In this document: in pieces, positions 1 to 14,072 of the stretch
Layout of the letters: each line of letters begins with the position of its first letter
How positions within the stretch are numbered: the first letter of the stretch is position 1
NCBI GenBank assembly: GCA_964304625.1
Contig: OZ199839.1
Coordinates: 5,772,311 to 5,836,310, forward strand
Origin: Kudoa neothunni
Lineage: Eukaryota; Animalia; Cnidaria
Direction: 5' to 3'
Length of the DNA stretch: 64,000 nt
The notes under the pieces: model-generated
Database searches by the model: none
Seen by the model: only the letters and a program-made list of their open reading frames with translations
Told to the model about the DNA's origin: nothing
Position numbers and translations under genes: made by a program

Positions 1-562
1 TGACTGTGGGATTGAAGTGAATAACATTTCCAGGATAATTTAAAGTGTGAGTTGTTTTTTTGTGTTGTGTAAATTTCTTAATTGTCATCTGTGCATTCGA
101 TCGAAAGGTCGGACCGACTTATTTTCGTATTATTTCCATGATATCTTTAGGTTCATAAATCTATTGTGGAATGAAATTATTTTTAAGTTGCTTTAAATTA
201 GCCAATTACACCTTGACTCCCGCGTTGCAAATTCAAATATAGTGCGAAGTAATTGTAGTAATTGTAATGCCTGAAAAGCTTATTTATTGGAGGTGGAAAC
301 TCGTCTTACCAACCTTCTAATGTACCGAAAATCAACTGCATTCCGATAGTAGAAATTTGGGGGTAGAAAAATACCCCAAATTTCTATTTTGTCTTTTGTT
401 ACGAAAAAAATTCAGAAGATAAAATATTGAAGATTTTGGTGGATATCAAAAAGAATAAAGAGTTACGGCATAAATAAATTCGTTATTAATCTGCATAACT
501 GCTTAGCCTATTTTTTTCCGAGATAAATAAACCGAATTTAATGTGAACAAGATTTACAAACA

Positions 563-633
563 TTTATTATTTATTTATTTACTTACTTACTTATTTATTT
601 ATTTATTTACTTACTTATTTATTTATTTATTAT
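563..633. repeat. (TTTA/CTTA)n tetranucleotide microsatellite
   Basis: Directly visible TTTA/CTTA run. It generates the spurious 543..731 ORF. Confidence 0.9.
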
Positions 634-1547
634 TAGGTGGTTCTTACACCAATATTTATCGCATACTTGCGTATATAACATTAGTTTTTATACAATTTTG
701 TTGGACAAGATATACTAGGAATAGGAATTGAAGGCGTTATATCGCAGAATCTAGACTTTAGAAAATCCTAAAACACATCATTTAAACCCAAAATAATTTT
801 GTCTTTAATTTTTGCAAAAAAAATGTGGCGCGTTTTACTACCCAAAGTTCATTGTAAGGTGGAAAATGTTATTTTATATTGATTTGTAAACAACATTATT
901 TTGAAGTAATATAGGTAATCTTATAAAGTTCGAAATTACAAATAATGAATTATTCAATGAATACATTCTAGACTCTAATGATTAGAGGGTCAATTTCATA
1001 GGTATCTCCCTTTTTAGATAAAACTTAATTTTTCAAGAATGCACTCTCTAGGTAGTGTATAATTAGGACATATTATTTACTATTACTGAGGAAACGGGTT
1101 TAAATGTTGTGTCAGATCTTGAATAAATTCATAAAATTGTTAATGAATAAATAAGTTTGAATAATTAATTGAAACGTATTATTTTTATAATATAATCCAT
1201 GAATTAACACAATAATTTTACCGAATATAGGCGAATTATTCATTAAGAGTTGAAAATAGGATTAAGAAACACAAGAATTGTCGTTTTCTCTAGCTTTCGT
1301 ATATGGATTATTTTTATACTTTACCAATAAATTTAAATAATTAATTTGATAAGTTGTTAATTTCAGTCCAATTTAGTCGGAATCTAGTTGTTTGAATAAT
1401 TTAAATGATTATTTAAGGGTAAAAAAATAATTTTTTAATTATTGATCTCAATTCTTTGAGGATTATGCTTTACAGATGGACGATTAAAAAAATTGAGTTA
1501 TTAATATTGTAATTTATGTAAATTAATTATATTCAAAAAATCAACTA

Positions 1548-4500
1548 TGGGACGGCCAAGTTTTGCCGGAATCGCGCATGCGCGTTTCTCGCATATAATC
1601 GTCCGTGCGCGTATAAAATCATGAATAAAGAAACTAGTGTTGATTTTATTATTACCAAGACGAAAAAAGATATTTTTTATAATGGGTTTTTATACTAAAG
1701 ATTATAAAACAAAAGTTTGTCAGTATTGGAGGTGTCAAAAACGAGGATGTAAAGGTAGGCTAAGAACATTTCCGACAGAACAGATAGAGAGGTTGGATAC
1801 GCTAGGTTTTCATAGACACTTAGTATCCGAGGAAGAAAAAAACAAACAATTTTTCAAGGATAAAATCAACCATATCGCAGAAAATACTGTATACCCAACT
1901 AATAAAGTGTATGATATTGCAACTAATCAAGAAGATGTCCAAATATTCCAAAAAAGTCCGTTTATCAGGTGATTCGAGATATACGAAAACGAAAGAGTAT
2001 TGATGTAAATCCTGAGACAAATCTTTGCGGATCGATAATGACCTTAAGGAACAAAAATTTTTGTATATACGATTCTGGATCCGAGGATAGCAATAGAATT
2101 ATTATTTTTACAACAGAAGAAAATCTTTCGCACCTAAAACATTCCAAATTCTGGGTTTGCGACGGAACGTTCTCCCAAATGTACACCATTCATGGTCACA
2201 TTTCTAACAAAATATTACCGTTGGTGTTTATTTTAATGACAGATAGGTCGGAGAGCAGCTATGACCGTATTATTCAAATTATAAGAGAGAAAGGAAACCT
2301 GGAGCTTCCCAACATTATCATAGATTTTGAGGTTGCTGCGTATAATGCATTTAAAAAGGAAACAAAACATAATGTGTTCTTCTGCTTGTTCCATCTTGGC
2401 CAATGCGTTAATCGAAGATTACATAAATTGGGTCTATCAAAGTGTTATCAGGAAGATAGTGAGTTTAAACTTTTTGTCAAGTGCGTTACTTCGTTAGCCT
2501 TTGTACCGAAAGATTGCGTGAAGATAGAATTTGAAAAATTACTTCTACAAGCCAAGAAAATTGAAATAAAGAATTTAAATCTATTCCTAAGTTATTTTGA
2601 GAAGAACCTCATTAATAGTAACAAATATCCTGTTGAATCATGGAACGCTCATTCTCGAACCCTTAATGACATACCTCTAACCTCCAATAATGCAGAAAGT
2701 TTCCATCGACATTTTTATGCTAGGTTTGATCAAGCACATTCAGGTCTACTAACTTTTATTAAAAATTCACAAGAGAGACAAAGCTCAGTTGAACAAGAAA
2801 CCATGTTTTATTTATGCAATCCTAATAATGATCCTCGGAGTAAAGATGTTAAATTAAAAATGGATAAGTTGAAAGCTTTTTGTGAGAGTTACCATCGATA
2901 TTATGATACATTCTTCGTTCAAGCTATTTCCAAAGAATATAACTGGTATATAGAGTAACCCCAATTTCCCCTACCTGCATTTCGTTTTATAATATCTTAG
3001 TTTTTCTAATTCGTACACTGTCGCTGATAATGAGTGATAGTGATAATGATAATGAGTGATAATGAGTACAGGAAAAAATTGCTATTAAATAGAAGTTCCA
3101 GGTTATCGATATTGAAAAATGTGTGATCATATGTGTCATTTCCATGCATTCGCAGATCACTTGAAAGTATCATTTTGTCTCCCTTAGATTATTTTTTAAT
3201 TCTCGTTATCACTCAATATATATATATATGTATATATTATTCGAACATAAATTCAAACCTTTCCGTGTAACAAATCTTCCTTCCTTTTTAGCATCAAGTG
3301 TTGCATTTTTTCTGTAAAAATATTTTCTCCACCTTCGTATCAATTAATACTACATTTAGATTTTTTTTAGAACAAGAATTAGTCATAGAAATAGCCAATA
3401 ACCGCAGGTATTTTTATAGCAACTTTTGATTACGTTTAGATTTTCCGGATACATGTCAGACCTTTCGCCAATCTTGTGACAACAATTTATTCTTACCTAG
3501 TTACTCTTGTTTTTTTGTAAATTTAATCGATTTTTTATTTATTAAGAATATAACAGCGTTTATTTCCAATATTAATTGTTTTATAATTCCAAATGTTTTC
3601 ACCGACCTATTATTTAATTATTTAAGTTATTACAAAATGGAATAAAATAATATGAAAGATATTTATAAATTACTATAGTTATGATGTTTAAGAAAGGATA
3701 AGAATGTTTTTAACTAACTATCTTACCTATTACATACAAAACATCTTATCTTTGACAAATTCGTTAATATCGCATGCGCCGTTAACCACCCATGGGTTTA
3801 TATTACGGGTTTTTTACTTTTAGCGTACGTATATAAATCTGTATTCTTGTAGTTGCAATAAAATAATTTTATTTTAGTTAATAAATTTTTTATATGGCCA
3901 TTATATTAGCTTCCTGTGTTTTATTTCAGGATAATACTTTAATCATCTATCTACAAATTGAATTTTACAAACAACTACACATACACATAGATATTATTTT
4001 AAGTATTTGTAGGGTTAATATAAATACCTTAAGCATGATCCAAATTAATTACATGTCAAACAAATAAATTTATAATTACCCAAAAAACTCAATTTTTGTC
4101 TTTAAACTATGTGTTACATTCAATTTTAAAATTCCGCACATATACATACATACTTATTAATTAATCTGGCATATTTTTACACATTCTATATGTTAGGAAA
4201 TGGAAACGTATATATAAATTAAAATTATCGATGGAATGATAGACCTTTTTAAAATTTACAGATCAGAATTGTAGATTCTGCTTCAATTCCTTTGTTTTCC
4301 ATTCCCATAAATATAAATGGTGGTAAGGTTAGCAAATTGTAAACTTAATTTATTCGTAAAAATGTTTTTTCCAGGTTTTAAATCTCGATTTATCTTTTTA
4401 ACTCAAAACAAATAATATTTGATTCATTATCAATTTTTTGGTGTTAACCGTAACATAAATAATTTATAACTAATATGTAATCAAGCAACTTTTTTGACTC

Positions 4501-6033
4501 AAATGATGAAAATATTTAGCTTCTAAAGAATGTGTTAATATAGTTGATTAAATTAGAAAAAATATAAGTTTAAGAAATAATGAATTTTTCTTTGAAAATT
4601 TCTAAATTATTCAACAGGATTTGGTAATAACTAAGTTAAGTAGTTTCCATAAATTTAAATTTGTGCCGGGGATTAATATATTAACTTCATTTAATAAATT
4701 GTTGACAGAAATTAAAGACGATGAGTTGATGGAAGATGGCATCAAATGGCATATTCAATGGTTTAACAGGTTATAAATCCGCCCTAGAGATTGATACTGT
4801 CTTTTTAAATAAAATAATGAATCTATTAGATACAATCACAAATATTACATTTCAAATGTTTAATAAAGTTAAAAAACGTAATTTTTTAACAAATAGTTGG
4901 ATATAAATTTCAAAAAAGTATCACACATTATATATTCTTAAAGCGTTCATAAAATTACAAAAATTGATCCGCGTTGCATTTTAAGTATTTTTGGACAAAG
5001 GTATAACAGGAACTCGGTTACATACTGTTCTAACCCATATAATTCACTTTATGGGGGGATAGTCAAGAATTTATTCAAAAATTGTACCCCATAAAAATTA
5101 ATAAATCTCATCGCTGGTAAATGTAGAATTCAAACTGCAGTCTAATGATTAGAAATAATTAACAAATTATAACATTGTTACGTGCGGAGGAATTTTACTT
5201 ATTAACTGTACTTGATATGGTTTATATAAACTTAAATAATAACATAAGAAATATAGGAAACATTGCAAAAATGCATGTATGTTACTATTGTATTTTTATT
5301 AAGTGCAAACAGAATAGATCGAAAAATTGTGGTATTGATTTTATTTTATTCTAATCATATTATTTATTATCGTTAATCATTTGTTAATGCTTGCATCATA
5401 TTAAATATACAATATATATTGTATATAATTTTTATTCCTTAACATCTTTCATATATTATTATTATTATTATTAAATCTTAAGACTCAGGATAAAATTAAA
5501 TTCACCCTCTCATATATATAATACTAAATGCCAAAAAATAAAACTAAAAACTTTATAAGATCGATTTTTAATGTTTATGTTTCTATTATGGTGAGTAAGT
5601 TGGATTTAAATATTATATAAAAGAACTAAATGATGCCGGCTTATAAGCGATAGTTTTAGCCATCAGTGTTTATATGCCACCAAAAATAAGTGACAATATT
5701 TACATACTTTCCATCAGTTTTTAAGCATTAACATGATAACCGATTTAAATACTAATTATACAATAGGATTATGAATTTTATTTTATATTGAAAACACACG
5801 AAAGCAAATAGCAACGCATTTCATTGAGAAAAGAAAAGGTATGCATACGTGTCAACTGATCTATTATAATACACCAATTATACATTAAAAATATGAATAT
5901 CTATAATACAATTGATTAATATACGTAGTTATTGCATAACTATAATTTAAACCTACAAAAAGACTAAATTAAAAGAAACTCTAGTGCGCACGCGCCGACA
6001 AATCTTTACCTCCGGCAAAACTTGGCCGGCGCA
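1548..6033 (+). mobile_element. Mutator-like (MULE) DNA transposon bounded by terminal inverted repeats
   Basis: Perfect 18-bp inverted pair CGGCCAAGTTTTGCCGGA (1553-1570) / TCCGGCAAAACTTGGCCG (6011-6028), each with a subterminal GCGCAYGCGC motif. Encloses the transposase. No clear TSD, so the two ends could belong to different copies. Confidence 0.65.
1621..2958 (+). pseudogene. MULE transposase with N-terminal FLYWCH zinc finger, disrupted
   Basis: FLYWCH-like YWRCQKRGCKGRL...H-x-H. MULE core motifs DGTF, IIDFE, CLFH and NNAESFH. Frame breaks near 1685 and near 1950-1970, and an apparent in-frame deletion between DGTF and QMYTIH. Confidence 0.9.
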
Positions 6034-6962
6034 TGTAATACAGATTTTAAAAATGGATTAATTTTATATAACATCATCTACTAGCTATCTAGATTAATCT
6101 GTGGCTATTTTTTTAATATTTATCTTATGGGAATCGAAAGTTCGTCGACAGAATAAAATGTTTACTGTTTTGTGCATTGATCAGACTGAAGTTATTGGCT
6201 TAGTTAATATTTCTCGATGTGAGAGAGATATTTTCACTTTAATTTGTAGTAATCACGCACTAGAGATTCGACTCAATGTCCTCCGTTACAAATTGATCGA
6301 TATAATCCGATTAATAAATAGTGTTTAATCCATATTCATAAGTGACCATTTTTATTCTCTTTATGCATAAATAAATAATAGTTTTGTATTATATTTAACA
6401 AAATATATAATCTTCTGTTACTTAAACGAACTTGCTGTATGGTAAATTACTCATCAAAAATCGACCTCATTCTTAGACACATTCATTCGTACGTGTCAAC
6501 ACATTAATGACACTAGTAATTGGATTGGATCGGTATATCGGATGGATATTAACATTTAAAATAGAACGATCAACTCTATACTGAACCAGTGAATGACCCT
6601 CAGATTAGAAAATACCAATCTACTTATAGTATTTAAGTTATCAAGTGGTACAGAAAAAATTAAGTAACCACACCCACCACCAATTCCTGACGAATAACGC
6701 TCGATAACATTTCACTGTTACAAACAATTTCCAAATTGAGATTACAAACGTTAGTGTGTTAGGTTTAACGACCACGCACCAACAATACAATTCAATGCAT
6801 TTAATATGTACTCGTTGAGGGTATTCGTGCAGATTAGATATTGTTAATATAAGTGCCAAATTATTGACGTAAATGTATAAAAGGATCGAGAAATTGGAAT
6901 AATTGTTGGGCAAGCTTGGCATAATCTAAATCAAATCCGTTTTAAATAACCACTCAGTAGAT

Positions 6963-7265
6963 ATGGATGAGGTATATTAGCTTATGGCTCGGTTTTTAGA
7001 AACAGGTTCCAACGAGAACTAATCTAATCACTTACCTGCCAAATATAACCCCATAATTAACTGTGATCTTTAGGAAAAGAAGACAACTGATAGAAGATCA
7101 CCCGCTTCAATTTTGAGGAGAAGCAGCTCCAAGCTAAATATCCTGAGAACGATAAAAGAGGCCAAGAAACAAAGATCGTTTTGGTAAGTAGAGGCCGGCG
7201 TGTTAATGCCCGAGAAACACTTATGGCGTATTTTATTGGAAACAAGCGCTTAACTTATTTTACAA

Positions 7266-7300
<35 letters not shown>

Positions 7301-10300
7301 TATACACATGCTTATTTCCTAGTATTAAATAAATGATAAAATTAAGTCAATAATTTTCTTCTTTCAAAAATTACCAACACCTAATCCAATATATCCTTTT
7401 TGAATTTAACTCCCTACCACCATTAAAAACATATTTTCAATCGAATATCAACTCTCCGATAGTATTAAAATTTGAAACAATGTCTGAAGTATAAATTGTT
7501 ATAGTTGGTTGGTTGATCTATTGCATCAACTAATTAAAATGTATTATTTTAATCGAAGAATTAATTTAATAATCCTATAAAAGGACGTTATCATAGCTTA
7601 TTTCTAATAGTGCTGTTAACAGCAGACTATCGTTGGACCTGTGTGAGATAGCGCTTTGATAGTTGACCGTAATGAGGAATTCTAAAATTAATGAATTAAA
7701 GCAAAAATTGACCCAAAAAAACCAATCCATATTCAAACATGTTATGGAGAAGATATCCAACTCAGAATTTGTTAATCATAGTAATGCCTCATCCTTAATA
7801 AGTTTAAACGCTGCAGAAACAAATAATTTTACCCCAATATCCCCCGAAAATGCATCACCATTGGCATGCACACTTCCTCTGCCTAGGAGATCCAATGTGC
7901 CAAAAACTACCGTCAGTTCGCCTCCCTCAATCCAAGTCACGTAACACCTATAATATATTATTAAATTTTGATTATTTTAATTAATATATCAACACAATAG
8001 GTATAAATTTTAATTTGAAATACTGAACTGTCTAATTAATCACATTAAATTGAGGGTTTGATTTTTTGGTTATATTATATATTATCGAATTAATAGTATC
8101 ATCTTGGATAATATTAGCGAATTGAATTTTACCGATTTAAATATGTGCGTAGGTTTTGATCTTCGTATTCGATAGGCCTATTCAACGACCGATAGGAAGG
8201 GTATTGATCACCGCAGTTTTATCTATTTGTGAATTCTCTATTAAAAACCTAATATTGAGGTGTTTGATTATCGGCTGCCAAATTTTTCTCCAATTTAATA
8301 CAAAAAGTGTCACAGGTTTTAATCCAAGCCACAGCTATTGAATATTTATCACACAAAATATTTGCACATATTAGTCTAATTCTAATAACCTTAAGATTAT
8401 TATCGAGTTAGTGTGTGTGTGAGTGTGTGCGTTACCCTATAAATTCATGGAAGGAGCCTGGTAATGTTTGCGTTGCTTTGTTTACTTGGAAATTAACCTA
8501 GCCATATTCATTACACACTCATTTCGATGTTTTATAATCTTGTATCGATAGTGAACCAGATAAAACCCCTCTCGACAACCAACCACCTATTTCTAGCAAC
8601 ACCTGTCCCCTTCGAACCAAATCAAACACATTAAATGAATTCTGTCCATCACAAGAGGATATGCTAATGTTTGATACTAAAAAGGACTCATTTGGGGAAT
8701 ATTATGTATGTTTTTGTATGGTTGGGTTGTTGTGGTTATTACACCTATGTTATGTGTATAGGTGGATTTGGGAAGTGTTGACAATCTCCTACATAATTTA
8801 ATGTGGTTCAATTTGTCATTTTTGAATGTTTTTTTGGATACCTACATACTTTTTATTAAACCGAGAGAATTCTTCGAATTTCTTGTCACTCAATACAAAA
8901 ATAATGAAATTATTCCTGACAAACGCCCACAGAGTGAAACTCAACGTAAGTTATAGAATAGTTCGTCCAAATCATGATTTATATAGCGTATAATTCACTT
9001 GACAAAAGTTCAGATCACTTGTCTACTGGTAGGTCGACTCCGTTATTAACGTTGGCAGCACTTTTTGTTAAAATATTTGAGTTCGTTTCTCCCCGAATAA
9101 TTCCATATCAACATATTAACTTAAATTGCTGAATTTTATCTTTTTTGATAAATCTATAAAAACCATTAAGTTGAATTTGTTGGTTAACAGTTATATGTAG
9201 AAAAAGGAACAAGAATTTCATCAAATTTGGCAGAGTCCAATACCTCTATTGATGTTGACACAGTGATACCCAACAAAAGAGACTCCACTGTATCAATCGC
9301 CACCGATAGTGTCTCTATGGAACCGCAAAGAAAGGACACAGCTGCCAGCAACACATTTAGTGTGTACTCTAGTGGCAGTATTGTGGCCTCTACTGATAAC
9401 GCTGTGATGACCACAAAAACAACCAGGGTTGTCTCACTAAAGATACTTCGAAAATGGATTTCCACCTATTATTATGTGAGAAATAGATGTGAATTGGTTA
9501 TGGAGATTATTTTGTTTTTATTAGGATTTCGAGAAAGACACCACTCTTTTGAATGATCTTGTGACATTCTTGACCAACGCTGAAGAAGAGATCGACAAAA
9601 AGGACCCCTTATGGAGACAAATCAATTTGGTGTCAATGTAACACAAAACGAGATCATTTACAGTTGGTTATTGATGACAATTTTAGCACTCTTAAAGAAA
9701 TGAAAAAACCAGTGGAAAAACCAAACGAGGTAGTATCTCTTGAGGAATGAGTAATGAGTGACACTTCGTTTGATCCCAATTGTTGTTAGACACTTCGAGA
9801 AGAAGACATCAACTGGGATATCCTGAAACATCATGAAGTTGCTGAAACGCTTACCGTTATCGAACACTCTCTATTTAAAGCCCTAAAATTAAGGTAGTTT
9901 TTGAACCAATCTCCTTCGATCTATGTATGTGGTGTCCACTGTGGAATGTGTAGAGAGCTGTTAGCGTATGTGTTTGGAAGCAATGAGGAACGAAAAACAA
10001 AAGCAGCTTCGGTGGCTCAAATCATTGAAAATTCAACTAGGGTTATTGATGAGTGATTTTGTTAAGATATTTAACCCGTACAAAATCAATAGCTAACCTA
10101 CCTGGTCGAAGCGCAAGTAGTCAAATACCCAAGCTCAAGAGTTAGAGCGCTCGAAATGGAGACATGGATATCGGTGCTGAAAGATCTGCATGATGTTAAA
10201 AACTACTCGTCCATGATTGCCATACTTGGAGCTCTAAACTCCACATCGGTAGATCGATTGGAAAAAACCAAAAAGAAACTCAACCCTAAGGTAGTCGTTA

Positions 10301-10880
10301 CGAATGGTCCTATGATGTGGTTGTAACGATTTTTTTTAATATGGGTGTGCTTTAGAAGAAGAAAATTAAAACTGAGATTGAAGATGAAATCGGTGTAACC
10401 AACTACTACGATAAACTTAGAGTTTATCTTGACAAGTTTGTTTTCTCCTTCTACCTTTATTAGACAAAATTTATTGTCTAAAATCATCTAGCAACACCCA
10501 CGTGCGGGCCATACCTTTCATTGGAAATTATATCACTATTTTTGATCGTCTCAAACAAAATGGAATTTTCACACCCGATAACAAGGTCAAATTCAAAACT
10601 TGCCGTCATGTAATTCAATTTTTGTGATAACGTTGTGATTTCGGCGTTAGATTTCCAAACTTTTACAATCCATCGCAACACGACAACGTTATTACGAATC
10701 CAAAGATATTGATCCCAGAAAAGTTTTGGTAATTTTAACTCCTTTCCTCGGTGATTACCTGACACAATTTATTATTTATTATTGTAGTACATGAAAAAAA
10801 TTTTGCATCTACCCAGTTTGTCTAATCAGGAAATCTCCGCTCTCTCCTGTAAACATGAACCAAGGGCGTCAAACGATTGA
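6963..10880 (+). CDS. Ras-family guanine nucleotide exchange factor (REM + CDC25 domain), multi-exon
   Basis: Spliced exons give REM motifs (GSVDNLLHNL..FLNVFLDTYILFIKPREF; KILRKWISTYY) and CDC25 motifs (EVAETLTVIEHSLF; NYSSMIAILGALNSTSVDRLEKT; IPFIGNY; ALSCKHEPR). Stop TGA at 10878-10880. The 5' exons are less certain. Confidence 0.88.
7267..7296. repeat. (CA)15 microsatellite in a RasGEF intron
   Basis: Directly visible. Confidence 0.95.
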
Positions 10881-13769
10881 TGAGCTTGTCGACACAAAAA
10901 ATGTTCTGGCAGACTAAACATCTTTATTTGATCAACGTTTTAAATTTAATTTGTAAACAGTTGTCTATCTCCGTGTTTACTGATTTTCTGTTTGTTCATT
11001 TTGAGATAAACGATTTGTCCCCTTTTAATGCAAACCAAGTGCCCCTTTGGCAAATGCTATGCATAGGTCTTTATTTTTTATACATTTTTTAAATCACAAC
11101 AATCACATATACATATAAGCTGTTTTGGGGGGGGGGGGGTTCTTAAAAATTTGACTTTACTCCCTTGAGTATGCCTTCAAATTCAAGCGTTGGTATGAAT
11201 AAATTTGGTTCAAAAATTTTATTAAATTATCTAATGCTTTATCCAGATTTTTCTAACAAAATAATAGTATATGTAATTCAGAACGCGATTCCTTTTATAG
11301 AAAAATCCGTTTAAAAATATTTGGAGTGAATCACAACTTCACGACGTAAATATTGGTTAAAATCCTTGTTTCCTAACTTTTTATTTAAAAACTTACTTTG
11401 GTAAATCGATTAATTTAAAATTATTTGGATAAGAACAAAATTGAACCATTATTCCAGATTAACAAACGTTTCTAAAAATATTCAAATATAGTTTCGTCTA
11501 TTAATTTTGTATCAAAAATTTATTATTTTAAGGAGCATATTTAGATTGTATTACTAATTTATTGTTTAAATACCTATGAATTTTTTAATATAGCAATTAG
11601 TTTAGAAATATAGAATTATGAGATTTTAAACTCTTTTTTTAATAAAATTATTTTTTATCTAAAAAATCCTCATAGTGGCTATTTTGACTCCCTTGGCATC
11701 AAGAAATATCATAATGCATCTTGAGCCTAGCTTTTTACCCACAAATAGAAATAGTATGCATGGACAATCTTTTTAAATCCAAAATGTTTCGGTTAAACAA
11801 CTTTTTTTCAAAGAAAGAATATTTCTTGTAAGAGAATTATTAGAAATCAAATTTTTATCTAATAGATTTTATTTATTGGTATTGGATAATTTTTCGCTTA
11901 AAAGAGATGTATAATTTCATTAATTACTTATTTCATAAATTCTGGTATATTTAAAATTGTTTTATATTATACTCGATCGGTTGAGATAGGCTTTTAGATT
12001 TATTCTTAAATCTAGCTAATTATAAATTCACGAAAGTTAATCCACTATTACCCAAACCTAAAAAATTTATTATGGGAGTTTGTTAAACAGCTATTATATC
12101 TTAAATGAATTTCTATTTGACGGTTTAGTATTTATAATTTATATAAATATTGAGTTAATGTATCGCTAATTATATTTATGTTAATCCTACGCCTCCGAGC
12201 TTTCACGAAAATATCAGTAAAGCTATAGTTTGAATAGGACAATACACTACTTTCTTTTTATATATTTATTCATATTTAATTAAAAAAAATTCAATACGAT
12301 AAGATAATTTCGTTAAATTGGTCTTAAATTAGCTGATTGAATGTAATTAAAATATATTCGAAAATAAAACCTATGATTGTAAAATATTGTTTATTTTGGG
12401 ATTAAAATTTATTCTATCCTGTTTGATTATTGCATATTTATAATGATTAAAATACGTATGAATTTATTACAAAAATTTAATTAAAAATTAAATATTGCCT
12501 TGCAATTATTCATTGCATTAAAATATACAGTGTGTAGGAACTTCCCGATCACAAACAAAGAAATGGGACATTAATCGGGTTTTCGGTTCAGAAACTCTAT
12601 AAGCTCATTTCGACTCATTTAAAGTCTTTGCATAGATTATTCAGCAATTTTATATAAGAAATATTTATTCAATGATATTGTATGCCATATATTTTAATAA
12701 AATAAGTCAAAGCGATAATATTCAGGAAATTTAATATTAAGTAATGAGTTTCAGATCTAAAATTCTTATTAAAAATACATAAATTTTTGTTTCAAAAATT
12801 TAAATATGGGATCAAAATTGTATGTCAATTTTTTTATGTTAATCTATCCGAAAATACCACCGAGATCATTAATAACAATAATTTTGGGATGCTTTCCGTG
12901 TAAAAAATTGTTTATTAGATAATTAAATTGAGTAATTAAATACAGAAAATTAAAATAATTATTAGAATTTTTCGAATTTATCAACAAAAGTTTGAATGTT
13001 GATGTACATAGTGTATCTGAGGCGAGTGACAAAAAATTCTAAATTTCTGAATAAAATATTGCGATTGATCCATCATAACTATGTTTTTATGAAAATAAAA
13101 TCCAAAAATTTCCTATTTTATATCCTGTAATGTGGGCGTCATTAACCTTTTTTAGTTGTGGGTGGTATTAAAATTAATCTATTAAATTATGAAGGAAATG
13201 ACTATTGGCACGGTGCGTAATATCCAGGTGACAATAGTATTGACTATATTTAGTTATTTCCGGCCCCTAAATGCGAAGCGGCGCGTCAGAAATAATTAAA
13301 TACGGCATATTCTAAAACATTACGGTAGTGTATGGGTCGTACGCAATTTTTAAAAATTTACGCAGATTTTTAAATATAAATAGATCATTTTCCATTAAAT
13401 AATTGGGTTTAAATTAAATATTATGGTTGAAAACTTACTGTATGATTTCAACGTAGAAATGACTCGAGCGCAACGCAAAATCTGAATTTTACAACAAATA
13501 ATGGACGAAGTGTCAATTTTAGCGAAATAAATCATTTTTCACTACCAAAAACCTCGTAATTATAAAGTTTTACGGATTCATATCATATAATAAAGATACT
13601 AAGCTCCAAGCGATGGAAAAATTTGCCAATAAAATAGCACGATTATAAAAGGCCTAAATGACCAGTTACATTTTTGTGTCTTTTCTTGATAATTAGCACA
13701 GGTAACTCACTATTTCTAAGATAAAAATTTTTATTATTTCTTAGCCTAAATAGAATATTTGTCTAATGT

Positions 13770-14072
13770 AATACTACTACTACTTTTCTTCTAACACAAC
13801 CAGTGAGTGTGCTTCATCCACTGGATCATGGAATTGTTAAAGTTTCAAATGATGTTCCTGATGACGATCAATTTCAAAATGACATAATTGAGCTGATTGA
13901 AGAGAAGGAACCACTAGAATTAACAAATCCTATTGAAGAAACTCTTGAAAGCAATACAGCCGACACCTCTGAAATTTGGACAACACCAGATTTTCCTGAT
14001 TTTGATAGGAATAATGTCGACTCTGATCATATTGATAATTTTATTATATCCAACCAAGAAGCATTAAAGTAA
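13770..14072 (+). pseudogene. pogo/Tigger (DDE_1) transposase fragment
   Basis: SVLHPLDHGIVK matches the TS.LQPLDQGII motif of pogo-family transposases, followed by an acidic tail. Confidence 0.55.

Noticed and set aside
543-731. 62-aa hydrophobic ORF
   Set aside because: It is the translation of a TTTA/CTTA microsatellite.
1621-2958. Programmed frameshift producing an active MULE transposase
   Set aside because: Two frame breaks plus an apparent deletion next to the first catalytic Asp point to decay.
11127-11139. G13 run as a functional G-quadruplex or terminal signal
   Set aside because: It is a lone homopolymer with no supporting context.
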